Shown here in pieces: positions 17,952 to 33,179 of a stretch of DNA of 64,000 nucleotides. The position numbers and the translations under genes are program-made. How positions within the stretch are numbered: the stretch's first letter is position 1; each line of letters begins with the position of its first letter. Source of the DNA: Neocallimastix sp. 'constans' (lineage: Eukaryota); contig JBODTK010000124.1 of assembly GCA_050613775.1 (NCBI GenBank), forward strand, positions 186,001 through 250,000. The letters are read 5' to 3'. Below the pieces are notes generated by a model. The model searched no databases. It had not been told where the DNA came from and saw nothing but the letters and a program-made list of their open reading frames with translations.

Positions 17952-18335
17952 TGTGTATAAGTGTATATGTTTATATTACTTCACGAAAATCATCCTTGTA
18001 CGATGTATGGTAAAAGCTTGAGTGTAGTAGATAAGCGAAGATATTCATCACTTAGATATTGGAACATATGCAGTCAATTTCAACCCTGCATTATTGACAG
18101 AATGCAGAATGTTCTAGACTGGCAATGGCAAGTGTTCAACTATACATTAATATTATTTTCAGCATATCTAATTGTATCAAGGAACCATGAAACAAGGCTT
18201 TTATGTCCCGAGATGTGTGGGTATCGTAATAGATCGAAATGCATAGCGGGGCATGTGGGTTATATAAACAACCATGGATCGGATAGGCTTATTCTTTTTG
18301 GGCCTCTCCGATCCAAGGTATATGACTTATACACA
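17952..18335. mobile_element. 384-bp GC-richer element with TG...CA ends and 11-bp terminal inverted repeat; probable solo LTR (or MITE)
   Basis: TGTGTATAAGT (17952-17962) and ACTTATACACA (18325-18335). Internal TATATAAA (18261) is followed by a long hairpin. No perfect TSD. Confidence 0.55.
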
Positions 18336-18723
18336 GTATACATGGCGTATATGTATATATCTATTTTTAATAAATTAGCCTATATATATTGATATGTTTT
18401 CTTTTAGGAAAATGAAAAATTTTATACAATTTTAATATTTTATATTTAAATAAATTAATTGTTATTATATAATTTTCATATTGTAAAAAAAAAAATAAAA
18501 ATAAAAATAAAAAAAAAATTAAGAAAAATATTTAATGATAATTATATTTTTATATATTTTAAGATCGCGTTATACAATAATTATATAGTAAATGTTATAT
18601 ATATATATTTAAAAACAATATATGTATATATAGTCACGAAATCATGAATTACTTTGAGAAAAAAAAAAATTGACCTTCATATATAATCTTTTAGTTAATA
18701 AATTTATTTATTTATTTGTTTGT

Positions 18724-18762
<39 letters not shown>

Positions 18763-19203
18763 TTTTATCTATTTTATCTATTTCAATTCTATTATTATTA
18801 GATATTAATATAAATATTAAGATGTATATATAATATATATAATAATATAATATGATAAATATTAAATAAAAATAAAAAAAATATATAAAAAAAATAAAAA
18901 GAAATATCATTAAATAATATGCCTTTCTTTTTTTTTTTTATTTATTTATTTTAGCTTTTACATTTAAAGATTGCTTTAAAATGTAATATTATAATATATC
19001 TTCAACAATTTAAAACTTTTTTTTTTTTAAAATAACAAATTACATTTAATTCCTTCTTTATATAAATATATAATGTATTATTATAAAATACTGAATATAA
19101 AATGTAAAATATATACTTTTTTTTAATTTTAATTAAAAATAAATAAGTAAATATTAGAATATTAGATATTATAGAATTAAATATTAATATTAAATGATAA
19201 CTG

Positions 19204-19251
<48 letters not shown>

Positions 19252-20264
19252 AACTAAAAAAAATTAAAACTTTGAAAAAAAAAAAAATTGGAACTTAATA
19301 ACAATAGAATTTCTTAAAAGTAGATAAATAACTCATGTCTTTCTTTATATATAAAGTCTTAATTAAAAATAAAAAATAACAAAAAATAATAAAAAAAAGA
19401 AAAAAGAAAAAAGAAAAAAAAAATTATGTAGGTAAGAAAAATGAATAAATAAATATTACTTTATTTATTAGTTTACTTGTTTGTTTATTAATTCATTCAT
19501 TCATTTATTTATTATTCAATTATTTATTTATTTGTTTGCTTGTTTGTTCATAAATTCATTCATTTATTTATTATTCAATTATTTATTTATTTAGTTAGTT
19601 ATTTAGTTAGTTAGTTAATTAGTTATATAGTTTTTGAATTAAATAATTTTGGACTTAAAAAAAGGATTAAAAAATATCTTGGATATAATTTATTCTCAAA
19701 TAAAAAAAAAAGGATTAAAAAAATATCTTGGATATAATTTATTCTCAAAAAAAAAATATTTTTTTTTTCTTTTTTGACATTAAAATAGAATAAATATACA
19801 TATACAAAATATACTAAATAGAATCATTTTTCACTTTCTTTGTAAATTTAATTATTTTTAATTAAATAATTTTTCTTTTTTTTTTTTTCCATTTAAAATT
19901 TTATTCTATTAAAATCACAATTTTTTTTATTTGGAAAAAAATTTTTCATATTAAATTTTTTTTTATTTAATTATTTTATTAAAATTTATTCATTTAAAGA
20001 ATATACATATAATGCCATGAAATATTTTAAAATATATATATATAAAATAATGAATTATTTATTTTCTTTCTTTGTTATTATTATTCATAATTTATTATTA
20101 TTAAAAATTTATTATTGTTTATTATTATCTACTTTCTATTATTCATGATTAATTAATGATTATTGATAATTGATTATTATCGAGTGATTATTATTACAAT
20201 AGTAATTATTATGGATAAATTACTACTAATTTCTTTTTATCAATTATTATTATTATTATTAATT

Positions 20265-20480
20265 ATTATTTATTATTTATTATTTATTATTTATTATTTA
20301 TTATTTATTATTTATTATTTATTATTTATTATTTATTATTTATTATTTATTATTTATTATTTATTATTTATTATTTATTATTTATTATTTATTATTTATT
20401 ATTTATTATTTATTATTTATTATTTAATTATTTATTATTTATTATTTATTATTTATTATTTATTATTTATTTTTTATTAT
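20265..20480. repeat. (TTATTTA)n heptamer array
   Basis: Direct reading; reverse complement of the array at 50275-50630. Confidence 0.9.
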
Positions 20481-21189
20481 TTGTTATTATTTATTAATAG
20501 ACATTATTTTTTTTAGAAATAGAATAGAGTTCTATTGTTTTTAGAAATAGAATACACTTTTATTATTTTTTAAAAAAGAAAAATATATTTCCATTGTTTT
20601 ATTTAACAATTAATTAAATATTAATATAAATGAAGAAATATACTATAAATATATTATGTAAAAAAAAGTGTATATAAAAAGTGTATATAAAAAGTGTATC
20701 AAAAAAATAATATTAAAAATAAGCTTTAATAAAAAAAAAAAAAAAAAAAAAGGAATATATATAAAATAAATATACAAAAAAATATTATAAATAAGCTTTA
20801 ATTATAATAAAGTTAATGTAATACAATAAAATATAGTAAAAAAATATTATAATTAAGCTTTAATAAAAATAAAGTTATTGTAAAACAACAAAAGCAAAGA
20901 CAATAAAATAAAATAAAAAAAAAAAAAAAAGAATATATAAAAATGTATCAAAAAAAAAAAAGATATAAAATAAAAAACTTTATTTATTAATACAATAGTT
21001 TATTAATAATTACATAAAAATAAATTTATAAATCATTAATTAATCATTTGATTAATTATCATTGACTTATAGTGTGATTTATGTAATATCATAAATTCTA
21101 TATAAATATATAAAATTAATGTAAGCTTAAATTTTAAAACATAAATTTTATTTTAAGTAAATATGTAAATAATTCATAAATTTATTTAA

Positions 21190-21400
21190 TTTTTAATTAT
21201 TTTATTCTTATATTTTATATATATTTATTTTTAATTATTTTATTCTTATATTTTATATATATTTATTTTTAATTATTTTATTCTTATATTTTAAATATAT
21301 TTATTTTTAATTATTTTATTCTTATTATATTTTTATATATATTTATTTTTAATTATTTTATTCTTCTTATTATATTTTTATATATATGTATTTTTAATTT
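21190..21400. repeat. About 39-bp tandem minisatellite, about 5 copies
   Basis: Unit ttttaattattttattcttatattttatatatatttatt repeated with small indels. Confidence 0.8.
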
Positions 21401-22375
21401 AGATATTAAATATTTTAAATTTCTTAAATAATTATCCTAAGATTAATTAAATAGTTTAATTAATTAAATAGTTTATAATAAATTAAGAATATTTAATTCT
21501 TTATAACTATTCTTCAAGAAAGTTTTATATGCCAAATATTTAATATATTATTTTATATTTTATATATTGTACTAAATATTTTTTTACTAAACCACTATAC
21601 GAGAACGGCCGTATATTTAACATATATATAGGGACTCATAAATTTTTAAATTAATTTATTTAAAAACTAATTTATAAAATTTTAAATCACAAATAAATAA
21701 ATAAATAAATAAATAAAACTATATTGATAAAAATATACTTAATAAATTTGATTCCCAAAAGATATTGTTCGATAATGTTATTTTCCAAAAAATTTAATTA
21801 AAATAAAATCATTATAGCACAACAAAAATAAAATTCCAAGTAAATTTTGTATTATAAAATTAAACAATATATTATTTTATCATTCAATCCTTATGATAAA
21901 ATATTATAAAATTTTAAATACTTTCATATTTTAATTACACATATATTTTACAATACATTCATTAAACAAATTATAAATTTTTAATATTTCATTGTTTTTT
22001 CTTTATTTTTTTTTTTTTTTATTATTTTTTTTTCTTTTATTTGTTACGTGTATTTTATTTTGTTTATTAATATCATTTTTTCATTTTATTTCTTAAGATA
22101 TATTATTATTTTTCAACAAAACAATGCAATTATTTTAACTTATTTTTTAATTTTATTTTTATATTTTATTAGTATTATTTTATATAATTTGTATATTTAA
22201 CATATTAATTGGGAACTAATGAATTTCAATTGATTTATTTAAAAACTAATTTATAAAATTATTACAGTTTGTATAGATATAATTTAAAATAAATACATTT
22301 CTATTTATTTTTTTTATTATATCACAATACAGTATTTATATTCGTTTGTATTTACTTCATGATATATCATTTAAT

Positions 22376-23587
22376 TTACCAGGCCTTCTTAACAGAGGAA
22401 TCATCATTTGGAACACAACCAGTAATGTCAGTAAGTTCCTTTGGACATTGGACACGTTCAAAAACAACATTTGGGTTATCAGCATTCTTGAACCAGTTGA
22501 ATCTCCATTCACAACCTTGCTTTAAGACAGATGGAAGGTTAGCACATTCAGAAGCACTCTTAATACCACCATAACGTTCACCCCAGTTGTGACCTCCTCC
22601 GAATTGTGAGGTACATCCATCAAAGATACCGAAACCACCACCTGGCATTTGAATATCGAAGTGGTTGGAAGAAAGATCACCACCGGTGTTGGTAGTTTGG
22701 ACAATCATTTGCTTACCAGCAACTGGACCAGAAGTGAACTTAAGACGTTGACAAGTACAACACTTTTCGTGAGAAGCAACAAAACCATAAGCAACGTTGT
22801 CGTTAACAGCCCATGGTTGTTGGTCATTACACATGTAGACAGAACCACCTTCACATCCACTCTTAACTCTCCAGAGATTAGAAAGATCAGTAAATGGAGT
22901 CATACCATCTTTGCTACATGATCTAACAACACCACTAGCTCCAGCTTTCTTAGTGTTTTCTTGCCATGAACATGATGCAAGACAACAATCCCAGTAACGA
23001 GTAGTCTTACCAGTTTGACCAGAGAAATCTGGTGGGTTTAATGGTACACCACTGGTATTAGTAGTTGGTTGTGATTGCTTGGTAGTAGTAGTTGTGGTAC
23101 GACGAGCAGTAGTTTGTTGTTGTTGTGGACAAGAGTACTTAATACCACACCAGTCACCATTTTCATAACCCCATCTACCATCATTATCAGTGTAGGTAGT
23201 AGTACAAGAGTTACAGCATTGGTAAGCGCCATTACCAGTACATTGGTTATTTTGTGGTTGGTTACCACAAGAATTTTTAATACCACACCAGTTACCATTT
23301 TCAATGGCCCACTTACCTTCACCATCGGTATAAGTAGCAGTACAAGTATTACAGCATGGGTAATTACCATTACCGGTACAATCACTTTGATTTTGATTGT
23401 AACTGTAGTCAATACCACACCAATCACCATTTTGAATACCCCATTGACCACTGCCATCAGAGAATTCAACTTTAGTGCTACCTGGGTTATCACAACATTT
23501 GTAACCTTGGCTTTGAGCCCAACAGCCAGCGCTAACCTTAACAACAGCAGAAGCTAAAGCAATACAGGAAGTAATAGCTAATCTCAT
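22376..23587 (-). CDS. cel45A: Cellulosomal GH45 endoglucanase: signal peptide, three fungal dockerin (CBM10-type) domains, Thr-rich linker, GH45 domain
   Basis: Signal peptide [20 protein letters not shown]. Three Y.CC......Y/F.D..G.W..ENG/QNG.WCGI modules. GH45 signature TTRYWDCC and [12 protein letters not shown] with both catalytic Asp. Same architecture as Piromyces equi Cel45A. Confidence 0.95.
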   Translation of the reverse strand: MRLAITSCIALASAVVKVSAGCWAQSQGYKCCDNPGSTKVEFSDGSGQWGIQNGDWCGIDYSYNQNQSDCTGNGNYPCCNTCTATYTDGEGKWAIENGNWCGIKNSCGNQPQNNQCTGNGAYQCCNSCTTTYTDNDGRWGYENGDWCGIKYSCPQQQQTTARRTTTTTTKQSQPTTNTSGVPLNPPDFSGQTGKTTRYWDCCLASCSWQENTKKAGASGVVRSCSKDGMTPFTDLSNLWRVKSGCEGGSVYMCNDQQPWAVNDNVAYGFVASHEKCCTCQRLKFTSGPVAGKQMIVQTTNTGGDLSSNHFDIQMPGGGFGIFDGCTSQFGGGHNWGERYGGIKSASECANLPSVLKQGCEWRFNWFKNADNPNVVFERVQCPKELTDITGCVPNDDSSVKKAW

Positions 23588-25826
23588 TTTATTTATTTTT
23601 TAATTTTTCTTTGTTTCAATAATAAATCAATTATTATAAAAATTATATTCCGTTTTATTGTAATTTCTCTTTATTTTAGAATGAATATAATAAAATAATT
23701 TTATAACATATTATATTATTTAATTATTAGTATTTTATTTTTACTTGGATTATATTTATTAACTTATATGTACTATTTTTAATTTTCCTACTACTATTTT
23801 TTTTTCCTTTTTTTTCTTACCTGTTAAAAATTGATAACCAGTATCAATATGTAAATAACAATAAAATTTAAAAATAATTATTTTATAAAAATTTGTTTTA
23901 TAAAGGGAAATCTTTTTGTTTAAATATTTTTTTTTTTTTTATAAACTATTATATTAATTAATTAATTATGACCATATATAAGCCATAAATTCAAATTAAT
24001 AATAAAATATGTCTGTGACCTTTTTAATTAAATATCAAATAATAAACTTTATATTTAAATATAATTTTATTATTATTATTCATATATTTCCATACAATTT
24101 TAATAAATGATGAAACCTGAATTTCATTTCTATTCGAGATGGTTTAATTAATTATATATTAAAAAATAAATTAAATTTTAATTAAAAGAAAAGTTTAAAT
24201 GAATATAAAAATTTTTGTATATTGTTAATATAAAATTTACATATAATTATGTGTTATCAAGGTTAGTCCATATGATTTAAATGTTAATTATACATAAATA
24301 GTAAATGCTTTAATTAATAATTTAATTATTTTATCAATATAATCTTTTATTATTTATTTAATCAAGTTGATGTTGATTCGTGTTAACTTTTATATAGAGA
24401 AAAAAACTTTAACCACTTTTGCGATTAAACTATTTTTTATTGTTTAATAATTAATAATACTTAAATAAAATCAAGAGTTCATTTGCTTTTTGATCACTTT
24501 TATTACTATAATATTTTCTATTAAAGTTCACTTTACTAAAAATTTATTTTTTCTAAATACATACAAAAAAAAGATATTATACTAATGAATATATTCTAAT
24601 ATATTCTAATGTAATTCACCAATATATTACAATAGAATTATTATTAATAAAATATAAATGGTTTTTATAAATGTATATAAATTTAATAAATTCACAATTA
24701 AATGACATATTCTTCATTTAATTTAAGGTTATTATTATTATTTTTTTTTTTATTATTATTAGATAAGGAGTATTCAATTTATGGAAATGTTATAGAGTCA
24801 CATAAATCTGAATCTAAACTATATATTTCTTATTTTTTTATAATATAGGAGATGTTTTTTTATATAATAAAAAAAATTTTTATTTTTTTTTTTTTTATAA
24901 TTGAAATGAGATGGTAACAATGGAAAATTAAAACTTTTAAAATTAATAGATATTTAGATATTTTTAGGATGGTAATATGAGTCATCAATTTTATTAGGAC
25001 TGTATCAATAAGTCTTTTTTTTGTGTGTGTGTGTGTTTCTTTTATTTCTTTTTGCTTCTTTTGTTCGACATACCCAACTAAAATCATTTTCACTTTCATG
25101 AAAGAATTTTTAATAATAATAATTTTAATATAACAAATAATATCTATTAAAATTTCAAATATTGGAAATAATTAACTTATCAGTAAAATATGTCATTAAG
25201 AATAATATAATTTTAAAACTAAATATAAAAATATAGAATATAGAATATATATAAAAAGAGATAATTTTTATTTCATATTTTAATACATTTTATTTAACTA
25301 TTATAATTATGTAATTATAGTATTTTACAATTTAAAAAAAAAATAAAAATAAAAATAAAAATAAATAATAAAATAAAAAAAAAAAATTATATTTAAAATT
25401 ACTTTAAAATATAAAATTACAATTAAACTTTAAGAAATATAAAAATTTTTATATTTTAATGTATATAAAGTATAAATATTAATTTTTAAAAAATTATATA
25501 TATGTATATATATATATATATTAATAATTATAGTATTTAAAGAAAAAAAAATTTTTTTTTTGAAAGTACTTCTTTATATAAATTTGTTTTATTTCTTTTT
25601 ATAGCAATGTATCATCAATAGAAATAATTAATCATCTCTTGCGTCTTTGAACTTTGATTTCATTATATAAATTATTTAAAACATTTTCTCTTTGTAAAAT
25701 TTAAATATATATATTTTACTTTGTTTATTATTTAATTAAATTTTATGTCCAAAATAAGGAGATAAGAAGAGTTGTTTCAATTTAATAAAAAAATAATATA
25801 TATATATGTGTGTGTGTGTGAGTAAT

Positions 25827-25882
<56 letters not shown>

Positions 25883-26059
25883 TGTTATTATGAAAAAAAC
25901 TATATATAAATAGATTTATTTTTAATTTTTTTTTTTTTTTTTTGATGTTGTTGTTGTTGTTGATGTTTGTTGATGTTTAGTTATTTAATAATGCATATCA
26001 AAAAAAAAAAAAAATAAAATAAAATTAAATAAAATAAAATAAAATAAAAATAAGGAAAT

Positions 26060-26830
26060 TATAGATTTACTTTTCAAATCTTAATTAAATACTTATATTA
26101 ACATGAAAGATCCTACTCAATATTTAAATTTATTCATCTTTATTCATCTATATTGTAATAGAAACTGGATATTTAATCATTTTTAAAATATATTATGAAA
26201 GAAAATGTCATTAAATATAAACGTAAAAGATATTTATCATAAATTACTAATAATCACTGCAATTTATGTTTGTAACCTTGATCTTTTTAAATATCTATTA
26301 GATAATGGAGCAAAATACTAATGTAAAAAAAAAAAAAAAATTATGAAAGTAGGTCATTACTTTCCTCAGCGATAGATACTTTCCCAAATACTGTAAAATA
26401 TCTATTGAGAACTCCAAATGTATTTAATTTAAATGAAAGAAACCCAAATGGAGATTATCCTCTTTTATAATCCATCTACAGAAATGATTGTAATTTCACC
26501 TTTTTATTATATAATTATACATTTAATAATGGAGTAGATATGAATATTAATGATGGGAATGGTATCATTAATGATTTCTTATAAATTAAATTATCAAAAA
26601 AATTTATTGATTTTTATTAATGTCTTGTAAAATTAATGAAAAAAAAAAAAAAGATACTTCTAGAAATACTATATAAGGACGATCATCATAGATAAATATC
26701 TCACAAATTATAATATCAATAACTGTCCTCATGAACTTAATGAAACTCATGAAAAGTCTAATAATCAAAAATTATTAAATATGATAAAAAATAATCACCT
26801 CATCTATAAAGTATATGATAATCCACAAAC
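26060..26830 (+). pseudogene. Decayed ankyrin gene copy (of about 16025-17335, with an internal deletion)
   Basis: Shared strings taatcactgcaatttatg, tgtaaccttgat, aggtcattact, ttgagaactcc, aatggagattatcctctttta, catgaactta and aatcaaaaattatta, with stops and frameshifts. Confidence 0.85.
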
Positions 26831-27055
26831 CAGACCTTTTTTTTTTTTTACAAAATAGGATTTGTTAAATATTATTATTTTTTTTTTTTTTTTTTTTTTT
26901 AAATAAAAAATAATATATATGAATTTGTCATATTTTAAATAATAATATTCATACTTAAATATTTATATACATATACACGATAATTTATTTTCGAGTTAAT
27001 ATTTCATGAAATAATCATGCAAAATTTTAAATATTATTTTAATTATTATCAATAT

Positions 27056-27324
27056 TGTTAAGTATAATAATTAAAATTAGAAATGATATTTATATTTTAT
27101 TATGTGTTTATTTATTTATTTTTATTGCTTTTTACATTAAGAAAGATCTATTCATTTAAGAATAATTCATTACATATTATTTATAATCATTTTTCTTTAA
27201 TTATCAAACATTATTGATAACATTTAACATTACACTGCATTATACTATTGAACAAAAAAGTTTTTTCACTTAATAATGTAGTAATATACAATATAACTAA
27301 ACATAAAAACTGCCATATTTAGCA
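27056..27324 (-). repeat. 3' LTR of the copia element
   Basis: Alignable with 33939-34222; TG...CA ends; adjacent PPT. Confidence 0.85.
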
Positions 27325-27457
27325 TTCCCCCTACATTGGCATCTTCTACATTTCCATAATGAAATTGGCAATGTATTTAAACTTACGTCCAGAAATATTT
27401 TTTGGTTAATGGATTCTGCCATCATTAAGTTTAAAATCAATGAGTGTTAATTTAATT

Positions 27458-27495
<38 letters not shown>

Positions 27496-28969
27496 ATCAA
27501 TAATTTGTAGCCTTTATTTGTTTTAATTATATTAATTCTAATGATTTTACTTGTTGTTTCATCTATGGAGACTTTGCATTTATATTTAATCTTTATAACA
27601 ACTTTGCTAATTTCTTTATTCTCATCTACAACTATTACATCAATAACATAAAGTGTTAGTAAAAAGTATAATTTATTATTTTTATAATGGCCAAATAAAC
27701 AATTATCTATATTACATTGAATGAACCCAATTTTCTTAAGAAAATCGGAGATTTCATAAAAACCATTGACTTCCAGCTTGTTTGAGTCCATAGAGAGCCT
27801 TTTGTAATAATCCATATTTTCCCTGCAATTAAAGTTTTTATCACCAACTGGAATTTGAATATAAATTTTTTTCTCATCTTGATTAGTATTCAAATATGAA
27901 GCTTTAATATAGATTTATCATAAATCCTGTTTACATACTGATGCAATAGCAATTTTTAATTAAAAACTATCCATTTCTATTGTTGGAGAATAAGTACAGG
28001 GGTAATCAACTCCTTTAATTTGTCGAAAACCTCTAACGACCAATTTTGTTTTATATATATCATTATCTTTAATAGTAAAAAAAAAATATTTAACAAGAAG
28101 TGGTTTAATGCCTTTTGGAATATTTTTTCTTTTATTTTTTTTTTGGTTTTCTACAATTTTCATAGCATTATTTCCATAAAAATTTTTTAATTCTTTTTTT
28201 ATCAATTCCTTCCATTGGTTGGCATTTTCCGTATTCATAGCTTCTTCATAGTTCTTTGGAATTAACGCATAATATTATTAACTCTATTTCTCTTATGAGT
28301 TTCACTTTCATCTGAATCTGTTTTCCTCTCAAAAAAATGATTTATTTAATGTAGGTATTCTATCCTTTCCCCAAGTAGGGGTGTACTTGATTTATGTATA
28401 ATAAATCGCCTGCAAGGAGAATTAACTTTACTCTTATAAAGTAGATCCACAGTACTGGTGCTAAATAGTAGTAAAGTTATATTTTATATTAAATAATTAC
28501 ATTATGCCTAATGGTAATGTTATTGGTAAAATTTTTCTGGTGATCATTCACTGCGGAATATAATGGTGCATTTTTGGAACATTGTTAAATAAGTTACACC
28601 CAAGAATAAGTAATGCATTTTCATTGTATTTCTATTATCATGTAGTATTACTATTCTCATGTAAGAATCTATTGTATTCAATTGTATTTCAACTATATAT
28701 TTCATGTATCTCGTTGTAAGAGATTGATTCACTGTAAATCTTGTAGTAATTTATATAACTCTTTACTAATTTTGTGCCATTATATTTCATCAATTCAATC
28801 TTAGTCATTAAATATTTTATGATATTCAATTTAAATAATATACTGAAAAAAGTGCTAAATCAAATTATTTTTCAATCATTCAACAAACTACTAATTATCG
28901 AAATTATTTACTCCAAAAAGCTATAAAATTATTACAATTCTCATTATATTCAAGACTTTATTATAAACA

Positions 28970-31900
28970 CTGACTTTTATTTTTTGTTTTTTTTTTTTAG
29001 TTTATTAATTTTTAGTTTTTTTATCACTATTATGGAAATCCAATATATAAGAAATAAGAATTTCATTCTAAGAGGTTCAAGGTGCCACGGTATTCCAATG
29101 GAGAATACGAAACTACTCTTTATCCGCGGACTTCGATCTTAGGCAGAAATCAAAATGAGAAGATATTTAAAGAAAATTCTGAATGAATTAAATAATAAGG
29201 TTTTATCAGTTAAACGTACTGCTAATTTTAATGATGCATTCTTTAAAATTAAAATAGTAGGTAATGAAGAAGAAATAATATCTATTACTGAATGTATTGT
29301 TAATAATTTCAAACGTACTTCAATTAATGTTATTAATTGTAGCAAAAGGAATCATAAATACAGTTTTTCTTCTCTTAATAGGAAACATTTTGCCTTATCA
29401 GAAAAAGTGAATTCATCATATAATATCAACTTATTCACTACTTCAATTTCAAATACAAGTTCAAGTCAAAATTCAAACTCAAGTTCAAATACAGACTCAT
29501 TTCAAGTTCAAGTACAAGTTCCAGTTCAAGTTCAAGTATAAGTTCAAGTACAAGTTCCAGTTCAAGTTCAAGAATAAGTTCAAGTACAAGTTCCAGTTCA
29601 AGTTCAAGTATAAGTTCAAGTATAAGTTCAAGTACAAGTTTAGGTTCAATTTCAAATTTATGTTTAAATTCAGTTTCAAGTTCAATTTCAAATTTATGTT
29701 TAAATTCAGTTTCAAGTTCAAATTCAAATTCAAATTCCAGTTCAATCATATTAATAACACTCATATTAATAATAATACAGTTAAAGAATTTTCTCTATGT
29801 GTCAGTTGGAATACTAATGGATGGAACTTTGATAAAAAAGACAGTGTTGAATTCTTTATTTCAATATACAAACCACTTTTTCTTATGCTTTCAAGAAACA
29901 AGGAAATGGTTCAGGTTCTAGCAGTAAATATTCATGTCGAGTATCATTAAAAAAACTATAAACATTTCTTCAAAAAAGCTAACAATGAAATTCCCGGTAA
30001 AAGAGGACAAAAAGAATCAATTTTTGACAATAACTATTTTAGTGTATTAGAGGAAGTGATTCCAGATCCTAATATTAGTATTGATGATATTTCTAAGAAA
30101 TTTATATCAACTTCATTCAATATTGCTAAAGAACTTAATATCACGTCAATGTCAGAGGTAAGAAAATCTTTTTTTCATATGTCACAGAAAATATTTAATT
30201 TGCAAAAACTCAAAATGAAATTATATAAAGCCATTAAAAGAAGAGGTTCTTATCATAATTTAGATGAATTTGAAGAATTAATTGAAAAAAATATAATAGA
30301 ATGTGCAAAACTATTCATGATATGTGTAATATTTATAGGAAAACCGAATACCAACATTGGATCAATACAGGATGTGAATATATGAAATCTCATAACCCAA
30401 AGAAAGCTTGGAAATGGCTTAAAACAACAGCAAAAGTAGATAAATTTAAAAATATCTCGGTTTCTCCAGTAAAAGACAAAAATGGTAAATTAGCTACTTC
30501 TACTAAAGAACAGTTAGAAGTATGGCACAATCACTATAAAAAAAAACTTGCATCAAGCCATTCTGATATCAACAGTGCATTAATCGAATGGTCTAATAAA
30601 TTTTCCAATGGTACAATTAGGTATACAAGACACAATGAATGGGATATAAATCAAGACATCAGTATAGAAGAAATTAAAGAAGCAATTTTAGCAACTCCAA
30701 ATTGTAAAGCTTCAGGCCCGGATGGAATTCCTATTGAATTTTATAAAGCTTTAATTCCTCCGGATAACGAAAATTCAGTAATTAATTCTGCTTCTGGTTT
30801 AAATTGTTTACAGAAGATATATTCTAGAATTTGGAATGGAGAATTTCCTAGCTCATGGAATGAAGCAAGTATTATATCTATTCCTAAAAAAGGAGATGAT
30901 CTATGTGATTGTGACAATTATCGAGGCATCTCTCTGATTAACAATGGTATAAAACTCATTTCGAAAATAGTCTCCAAAAGAATTTCGGAATATGAACTTA
31001 AAAATAAATTTATTAGGCCAGAGCAATTTGGATTTCGTAATAAAGAAGAAAGTGTTAGTTTATTTATTTCAATTCGAGAAATTTGTCAAAGGCGTAAAAA
31101 TGATAATAAAGAAACTTACCTTGCTTTTCTAGATTTAAAAAAGGCATATGATTCTGTTCCAATAGGTAATATTTTATATAAATTAGATGCTTTAGGTATT
31201 AGAGATAAATGTTATCAATTTATAAAAAGCCTATATTTGACTTCCGAAGCCAGTGTTAAAATTGATGATCAATATTCGAAATCTTTTAATATTATGAAAG
31301 GAGTTAGACAAGGTTGCCTACTATCACCAATTCTTTTCAATTTATTTATTAATGACATTTTTATAATTTTTCAGAACTTGGAATTCTTTTAGACGAATCA
31401 AGATGTTGTGGTGGACTCTTTGCAGATGATATTGTTCTATGCGCCCTTCAAGAACTAAGTTAAAAAAAAATGCTTAAGAAGGTAAATGAATGGGCTAAAT
31501 TTAATATGATGAATTTTGGAATTAACAAGTGTGTAACGATGGTGATTCGACCAGACACACCTCTTTTTCAAAATAAAAGAGATCCTGCTTTTTATCTTGC
31601 TGGTCAACCAATCCCAATAAATAAATGTTATACCTATTTAGGCATACCATTTGATAAAAGCTTATCGTTGAACCCTATTATTAAATTACTTAATTCTAAA
31701 GTTACTAAAGCTCTCTTTTCTGTTAGTAAATTTCTTTCAAATTCCAAAATTCCTATTCCATTTAATAAGATTATAATTAACTCCCATGTACTTAGTAAAG
31801 TCTCTTACTTTGCATCTTTACTTGGTTCAAATAAAGCGAGAACAAATAATACTCAAAAATTAATTAATAAAGGATTAAGATGAATTGCAGGTTTACAAAA

Positions 31901-33179
31901 AGCCAAATCTTTTATTAATGTATATTCTATTTCAAAAGATTTAAATATTCCTCCATTGTCAGCTAAGTGTGCTTTGTCTCAAGTCAAATGTTTTGATAAG
32001 TGGAAAGATTCAAATTGTATTATTTCCTATTTAGTTAATAATATTCCAAAATCTAGAAAATATATATGGACGAAAGAAAGAAGAACTCTTAAACGTAAGC
32101 TAGAGAAAAGAGGTAGTAACGATAATAAAATCAAGGATTTTTATTGGAAAAGAGATATGAAAATCAATTCTATTAAAGCTGAATTTTATGACAAAAACAG
32201 ATTCGAAGAAACATCAAATTTTATAAAACATTGTTATGAATATCCTGATCTTTCATATGGTTTCTATTGGCTATTGAGAGCACGAAGCGGATATAGATTA
32301 GATGCTAGAATTGCTAAGGCTGCAAAAATAATAAATTAAATGTGTCCTAATTTTTGTCCCTGCTGTAAAAGTAATAAACAATGGATAAGGCATTGGTTAA
32401 TTGATTGTCCATTTTTCAATCATATTCGTAGTAAAGTTAATGATAAAATTTTATTTTAATATAATGCTTTTAACCATGGCAACCTAACAAATGATATAAT
32501 TAATAGTAATAATGATAATAGTAATAGTAATAATAGTAATAGTAATAATAGTAATATTATGTTATAGTAATATTAGTAATAGTATTTTTAGTAATGTTAG
32601 TAATAGTATTGAAAATAATGTGTATGTTGATTCTAGTGTGTGTGAAAATGTGTTTAATTTCCTTCTTGGAGGTCGAAGTATTAATAACAGTACAAGGGAA
32701 TGGAAAGATCTATTTAAGTGACAGATGAAATCAGGTGCTTATTCTGATACTCCATTCTTGGTGGTTACTGCGGCACTTCTCCAATCGATTACACCTACTG
32801 CTATTGGCCAGCAATGATCTTTGTTCAATAGGTTCAAATCGAATCGTACTACTACTACCAAGAGCGTCAATGATGAAGAAACAGTAAGACAGGCCAGCAG
32901 GACTAGCGCAACCAATGAAGATCATAATTTTAAGATAGAAAATTATGATTAACATTGCGAAGTCAAAATTAATTATTATACCACAGTATAATAATGCCCT
33001 TTTGAAGTCTTACAGATATTAATTAAATGAAACTAGAATATATTATACTATTATTTTATTTTATTTTGTGTTTTTTTTTTGTTTTGTTTTTTTTTTGTTT
33101 ATCTTTTATCTTTTTTTTTCTTTTTATTACATGTATTTTATCATATATTTAATTAATAAAGATGAAACAAGTTTGCTGC

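Noticed and set aside
17961..18392. 143-aa ORF as a host gene
   Set aside because: GTG start, atypical composition, and it coincides with the inverted-repeat-bounded element.
23038..23557. Overlapping alternative-frame and antisense ORFs on GH45 (also on pepD and the 59.7-64 kb ORF)
   Set aside because: Shadows of codon bias and repeats in the real gene; no independent protein signal.
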